A stretch of DNA of 64,000 nt from Fidelibacterota bacterium UBA2242 (GTDB lineage: Bacteria > Fidelibacterota > UBA2242). The DNA is taken from NCBI GenBank assembly GCA_002347855.1, contig DDYE01000017.1, forward strand, positions 271,685 to 335,684, in the 5' to 3' direction. Below, in pieces: positions 60,445-64,000 of this stretch (the stretch's first letter is position 1; the number at the start of each line of letters is the position of its first letter). Below the pieces are notes generated by a model. The model made no database searches and had not been told where the DNA came from. It saw only the letters and a program-made list of their open reading frames with translations. Position numbers and translations under genes: made by a program.

Positions 60445-60825
60445 TCGGCTGTTGTGAAAAATAAATCGCGGCAATATATGAATGACTAAGAATATCTACA
60501 GTTGGATTAATTCAGCAGATAACCGGCAATGAAGAAAATTGTTGGTGAAAGACGAATTAAAGTTTTGGATAAAAAATAGTTGTTAAAAATTACTAAAGGA
60601 TGTATTTTTAGTTAAGATAAGTTTTTCGATATCAGTTGAAAAAGATTTGCACGTGCTGGAAGGAGACCAGACGGAATAATTGAAGTAGAGATGGTTGATT
60701 GAAAAAGGATGCAGCGATCAATAACTATGATTCGGAGCACCTGCGTTGCTAATTGTGAAGAAGGTATTCATGATCCCAAGAGGATGTCTTCGACATAAAA
60801 TCTGCTTATTAAAAGGAGAAAAACT

Positions 60826-61125
60826 GTGACGAAAGCCGATATAGTCGATATTGTTTCGCGTGCTACAGGTTTGACTAAGGTTGATACAGAAGCGGCTCTG
60901 GAAGGATTCATTACGACGATTATCGAGGCATTACAGCGTGGTGAACGCGTTGATTTTCGAGGATTTGGTAGTTTTTATTTGAAAGTGCGTAAGCCTAAAA
61001 AAGCCCGTAATCTCGGAACCGGTGTGGAAATATGCTTACCAGAACGAACTGTGCCGGTTTTTAAACCTTCGAAACTCTTAAAAGCCAGTATTAATCAGGA
61101 AATTACTTATAGTCAGTCACTTTAA
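60826..61125 (+). CDS. hup: DNA-binding protein HU
   Basis: GTG start after AAGGAG. MTKADIVDIVSRATGLTKVDTEAALEGFITTIIEAL...GFGSFYLKVRKPKKARNLGTG HU/IHF fold signature. Confidence 0.85.
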   Translation: MTKADIVDIVSRATGLTKVDTEAALEGFITTIIEALQRGERVDFRGFGSFYLKVRKPKKARNLGTGVEICLPERTVPVFKPSKLLKASINQEITYSQSL

Positions 61126-61152
61126 TATTTACCGAAGAAGGAGTATTAATTT

Positions 61153-61248
61153 ATGCCTTGTGGAAAGAAGCGTAAAAGAAGAAAGATTGCGACTCATAAA
61201 CGCAAAAAAAGGCTCAGGAGAGACCGTCATAAAAAGAAAATCAGATAG
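61153..61248 (+). CDS. 31-aa arginine/lysine-rich microprotein, bS22 (AURKAIP1-like) ribosomal-protein-like
   Basis: MPCGKKRKRRKIATHKRKKRLRRDRHKKKIR. Shorter than the 60-aa ORF cutoff. GAAGGAG RBS 8 nt upstream. Strong terminator immediately downstream. Resembles the mycobacterial/Bacteroidota bS22 KKRRKRMxKKKHRKLLRRTR pattern. Confidence 0.5.
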   Translation: MPCGKKRKRRKIATHKRKKRLRRDRHKKKIR

Positions 61249-61260
61249 TTAAAACTTCCA

Positions 61261-61304
61261 GAGGGGGGTGGTGATGACAACCAGTCTTCACCACCTCTTT
61301 TTTT
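61261..61304 (+). terminator. Rho-independent terminator after hup-microprotein unit
   Basis: ggtggtga-tgacaaccagtct-tcaccacc stem followed by a T7 run; xseA ATG follows directly. Confidence 0.7.
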
Positions 61305-62540
61305 ATGGACGAGCATATATTTACAGTTTCTGAAATTGCCCAGGAAGTCAGGCGGGTCATTGAGCGATTCATTGCGCCGGTCTGGATAAAGGGTGAGGTG
61401 TCGAATTTTAGCGTCAGTCGGTCAGGGCATATCTATTTTTCCCTTAAGGACCAGCAAGCGCTAATCAATTGCGTCATCTGGCGCAATATCGCTTGTTCAA
61501 TTCCTTTCCAAATCAATAATGGCATGCAATTGTTGGTCTTCGGCGCTGTTACGACTTATGCCCCTCAATCACAGTATCAGGTTAATGTTCAGAAAGTGCG
61601 TCCGGCTGGTTTAGGTGACCTCCACTTGGCTTTTGAAGCGCTGAAGAAAAAATTAGCTGCAGAAGGACTTTTTGCCCAGGAACGAAAACGCCCTATCCCA
61701 GCTTTTCCTGAAAGAGTTGGCTTAATTACCAGTCCGAGTGGCGCGGCGGTCAATGATTTCTTAAAAATCAGCGAACGACGCAATCCTTCCATTGCGATTT
61801 ACATCTATCCGGCTCAGGTGCAGGGTGAGGGTGCCGCCGAGACAATTATCAAGGGAATTGAGTACTTTAATGCTAATAGGGCAGTGGATTTTATTGTACT
61901 GGCACGGGGCGGTGGTTCATTGGAAGATTTGTGGGCATTCAATGAAGAAAAATTAGTGCGGGCGATTGCCGCTTCTGCGCTTCCCGTAGTTAGTGCCGTA
62001 GGACACGAAGTTGATTTCAATTTATCCGATTTTGTAGCAGATTTACGGGCACCAACGCCCTCCGCAGCCGCGGAATTAGTCATTCCAGACCGGGTACAAA
62101 TTATTACCCGTATTGGATTGTTGAAGAACGCTTTTTGTAAAGTAGTTACGGAGCGATTGACAAACCAGCAGACTCTCCGCCTGCATTATTTAAAAAGATT
62201 GCAGCTTTACCGTCCTTTAAGTTTATTGCAACAGCGTCGTCAACGACTGGATGAATTGGAAATTCGCCTCCTGCAAGCAGTAAAGAATCTGCTTGCCAGT
62301 CGAGCAGCTCAATTGGAAGGGTTCATCCATACTTTTGCTGCTTTAGACCCACGAGCAATCCTGAAAAGGGGATACGCTATTGTCTATCATCTGCCCGAAG
62401 AAGAAATGATTAAGACTGTGCAGGCTGTAAAACCTCAAAGTTCAGTTGCGGTTGAGCTTTTTGATGGAAAGTTTTCCGCGCTGGTTGAAAAAATAATGCA
62501 AAAAAATCAAAAGAATAAAAGGAGTCCTCGCAATGGCTAA
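61305..62540 (+). CDS. xseA: Exodeoxyribonuclease VII large subunit
   Basis: N-terminal OB fold (FTVSEIAQEVRRVIERFIAPVWIKGEVSNF), catalytic core, C-terminal coiled coil. Confidence 0.9.
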   Translation: MDEHIFTVSEIAQEVRRVIERFIAPVWIKGEVSNFSVSRSGHIYFSLKDQQALINCVIWRNIACSIPFQINNGMQLLVFGAVTTYAPQSQYQVNVQKVRPAGLGDLHLAFEALKKKLAAEGLFAQERKRPIPAFPERVGLITSPSGAAVNDFLKISERRNPSIAIYIYPAQVQGEGAAETIIKGIEYFNANRAVDFIVLARGGGSLEDLWAFNEEKLVRAIAASALPVVSAVGHEVDFNLSDFVADLRAPTPSAAAELVIPDRVQIITRIGLLKNAFCKVVTERLTNQQTLRLHYLKRLQLYRPLSLLQQRRQRLDELEIRLLQAVKNLLASRAAQLEGFIHTFAALDPRAILKRGYAIVYHLPEEEMIKTVQAVKPQSSVAVELFDGKFSALVEKIMQKNQKNKRSPRNG

Positions 62541-62760
62541 AAAAACCTTTGCTTTAGAAAAAGCCTTACAGCGGATGGAGGAAATCTTACGCGTTTTAGA
62601 GTCGGGCGAGAAGGATCTGGATGAGTCTATCCGTCTTTTTGAAGAAGGAATGCGGCTGGCAAATGAGTGTCAGGTTCATTTACAAGCCCTGGAGCAACGC
62701 GTAAAAATCATCAGCGAGCAAGAGAATAGTGCCTTTGCCACTGAAGTAGCCAAGGAGTAA
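62533..62760 (+). CDS. xseB: Exodeoxyribonuclease VII small subunit
   Basis: 75 aa helical; FALEKALQRMEEILRVLESGEKDLDESIRLFEEG; overlaps xseA. Confidence 0.85.
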   Translation: MAKKTFALEKALQRMEEILRVLESGEKDLDESIRLFEEGMRLANECQVHLQALEQRVKIISEQENSAFATEVAKE

Positions 62761-62766
62761 AGCCAA

Positions 62767-63636
62767 ATGAGAATTGGTTTGTGGTTAACTCCGCGACATG
62801 ATGCACTTACTGAGATTTTGCCGGACATTATTCAATTTTTAGAGAAAAATCATCAGGAAATTATCCTGAACGATGTCACCTGGCGAAATGTCTTTTCGGG
62901 GGAATCAATCAAGTTTGTAACGACTGCCGATTTACCGCAGCAAATAGATGCGCTCTTTAGCATAGGTGGGGACGGTACTTTTTTAAGCGCATCGCGTCTA
63001 ATGGCGCGGAGCGGCAAGCCTGTTCTTGGCATTCACCTCGGTGGCTTAGGCTTTCTGGCTGATGTTTCCTTTGAAAATTACACCGAACGACTCGCAGCTT
63101 TTTTAAGAGGTGAATATTCGATCGAAGAGCGTAATGTTTTGGCAGTACGAACTATTTTCCCCGAAAAAGTGCTGGCGAATTTTGCCTTTAATGATATCGT
63201 GATAGATAGAGGACGGGTCTCGACGACGATAAAAATTCGTACTTTTGTCAACGGGGATTTTTTAAACACTTATCGAGCGGATGGAATCATCATCGCTTCT
63301 CCTACAGGATCTACGGCTTATTCTCTTTCTGCCGGCGGTCCGATTATCTCGCCTGAATTAAATGTTTTCGTCATCAGTCCGATTTGTCCCCATAGTCTTT
63401 CGGTTAGACCTGTAGTAATATCGGCTGATAGTGTCGTAAGTATCGATTGCAGTGAATTGGCGCCCGATGTTAGCCTGGTTATGGACGGACAGGAGCGTCA
63501 GGTTTTAGAAAGAGCAGAGCGGGTAGAAATTCAAAAAGCTGACTTTACCTTGCCGGTCGTGCGTTTTCCCGGCGACTCCTTTTTCCATACCTTACGCACC
63601 AAGTTGAATTGGGGCAGGGATATTCGTGGGAATTGA
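62767..63636 (+). CDS. nadK: NAD(+) kinase
   Basis: GGDGT motif (FSIGGDGTFLSA) and NDIVIDRG. Confidence 0.85.
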   Translation: MRIGLWLTPRHDALTEILPDIIQFLEKNHQEIILNDVTWRNVFSGESIKFVTTADLPQQIDALFSIGGDGTFLSASRLMARSGKPVLGIHLGGLGFLADVSFENYTERLAAFLRGEYSIEERNVLAVRTIFPEKVLANFAFNDIVIDRGRVSTTIKIRTFVNGDFLNTYRADGIIIASPTGSTAYSLSAGGPIISPELNVFVISPICPHSLSVRPVVISADSVVSIDCSELAPDVSLVMDGQERQVLERAERVEIQKADFTLPVVRFPGDSFFHTLRTKLNWGRDIRGN

Positions 63637-63675
63637 ATTGCAACGCGTCATTAAATCTAAACAATTGAGGAAAGC

Positions 63676-64000
63676 ATGGAAACCAATAATCAAACTGAAG
63701 GAATTTACCCAAAAAATATCGCCCTGGTAGCTCATGATAATAAAAAGGATGACCTTTTAGAGTGGGTTAAATTCAATGTTGGGACTCTGAAAAAACATCA
63801 CCTGATTGCGACGGGCACTACCGGTCGTCTTCTCGAAAAAACTTTGCAGTTGAAAATTCAAAAGCTGCAAAGTGGTCCGCTGGGGGGTGATTTGCAATTA
63901 GGAGCATATATTGCCCAACAAAAGATTGATTTGCTGATTTTTTTCTGGGATCCTCTGGAAGCTCAACCTCATGACCCCGATATCAAAGCCCTGCTCAGAA
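63676..64000 (+). CDS. mgsA: Methylglyoxal synthase (3' end beyond window)
   Basis: [17 protein letters not shown]...[28 protein letters not shown], the canonical MgsA active-site region. GAGG RBS. Confidence 0.8.
   Translation, partial: METNNQTEGIYPKNIALVAHDNKKDDLLEWVKFNVGTLKKHHLIATGTTGRLLEKTLQLKIQKLQSGPLGGDLQLGAYIAQQKIDLLIFFWDPLEAQPHDPDIKALLR

Overview
Bacterial chromosomal window of 64 kb with moderate to low GC. Apart from two genes (5427-6227 and 23475-24143) every gene I can support is on the + strand. Intergenic gaps are mostly short and many start/stop codons overlap (ATGA/TAATG), so this looks like a series of leading-strand operons. I identify the genes from recognisable protein motifs read from the ORF translations. 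Left half, housekeeping: ftsX 3' end; an IS481-family transposase remnant; ffh-rpsP-KH-rimM-trmD-rplS; a TauE-like permease (-); groES-groEL; a short primary-like sigma-70 factor; an M23 peptidase; miaB; lapA/lapB-like; a SPOR protein; a tRNA with anticodon UCA and a long variable arm (tRNA-Sec); a TPP riboswitch directly fused to the ribosome-binding site of a TonB-dependent receptor; polA; an ABC/ABC-2 pair plus a small nucleoside-deoxyribosyltransferase-like protein; alr; a HAD phosphatase (-); cmk-rpsA (S1 with N- and C-terminal extensions); a YbbR-like protein; tsaD; a double-TM VWA membrane protein. Right half: a roughly 22 kb co-directional surface-polysaccharide locus (31.6-54.0 kb). 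It carries a UDP-sugar 6-dehydrogenase, rfbB, Wza/Wzz/Wzx/Wzy-like export and polymerisation genes, one GT2 and three GT4 glycosyltransferases, a zinc-ADH+Gfo/Idh/MocA fusion, a heparinase II/III-like protein, a hexapeptide acetyltransferase, an epimerase, a DegT aminotransferase, a small PglC-like initiating transferase, a BNR/Asp-box protein and an 861-aa single-ORF fusion of a WecA/MraY-type transferase with a full-length WbaP-type transferase. After that come serS, a class II aldolase, plsC, DUF2851, a stand-alone HldE adenylyltransferase domain, an MltD-like LysM transglycosylase, hup, an unannotated 31-aa bS22-like basic microprotein, xseA-xseB, nadK and the 5' part of mgsA. The items most worth follow-up are the WecA-WbaP fusion and the unusual make-up of the polysaccharide locus, the TPP-riboswitch-controlled TonB receptor, the selC-like tRNA, the bS22-like microprotein and the ABC/ABC-2/Rcl-like operon. 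I see no CRISPR array, intact IS element, prophage or recognisable defence system. Coordinates I derived by hand (RNA elements, adjusted starts) may be off by 1-2 nt.
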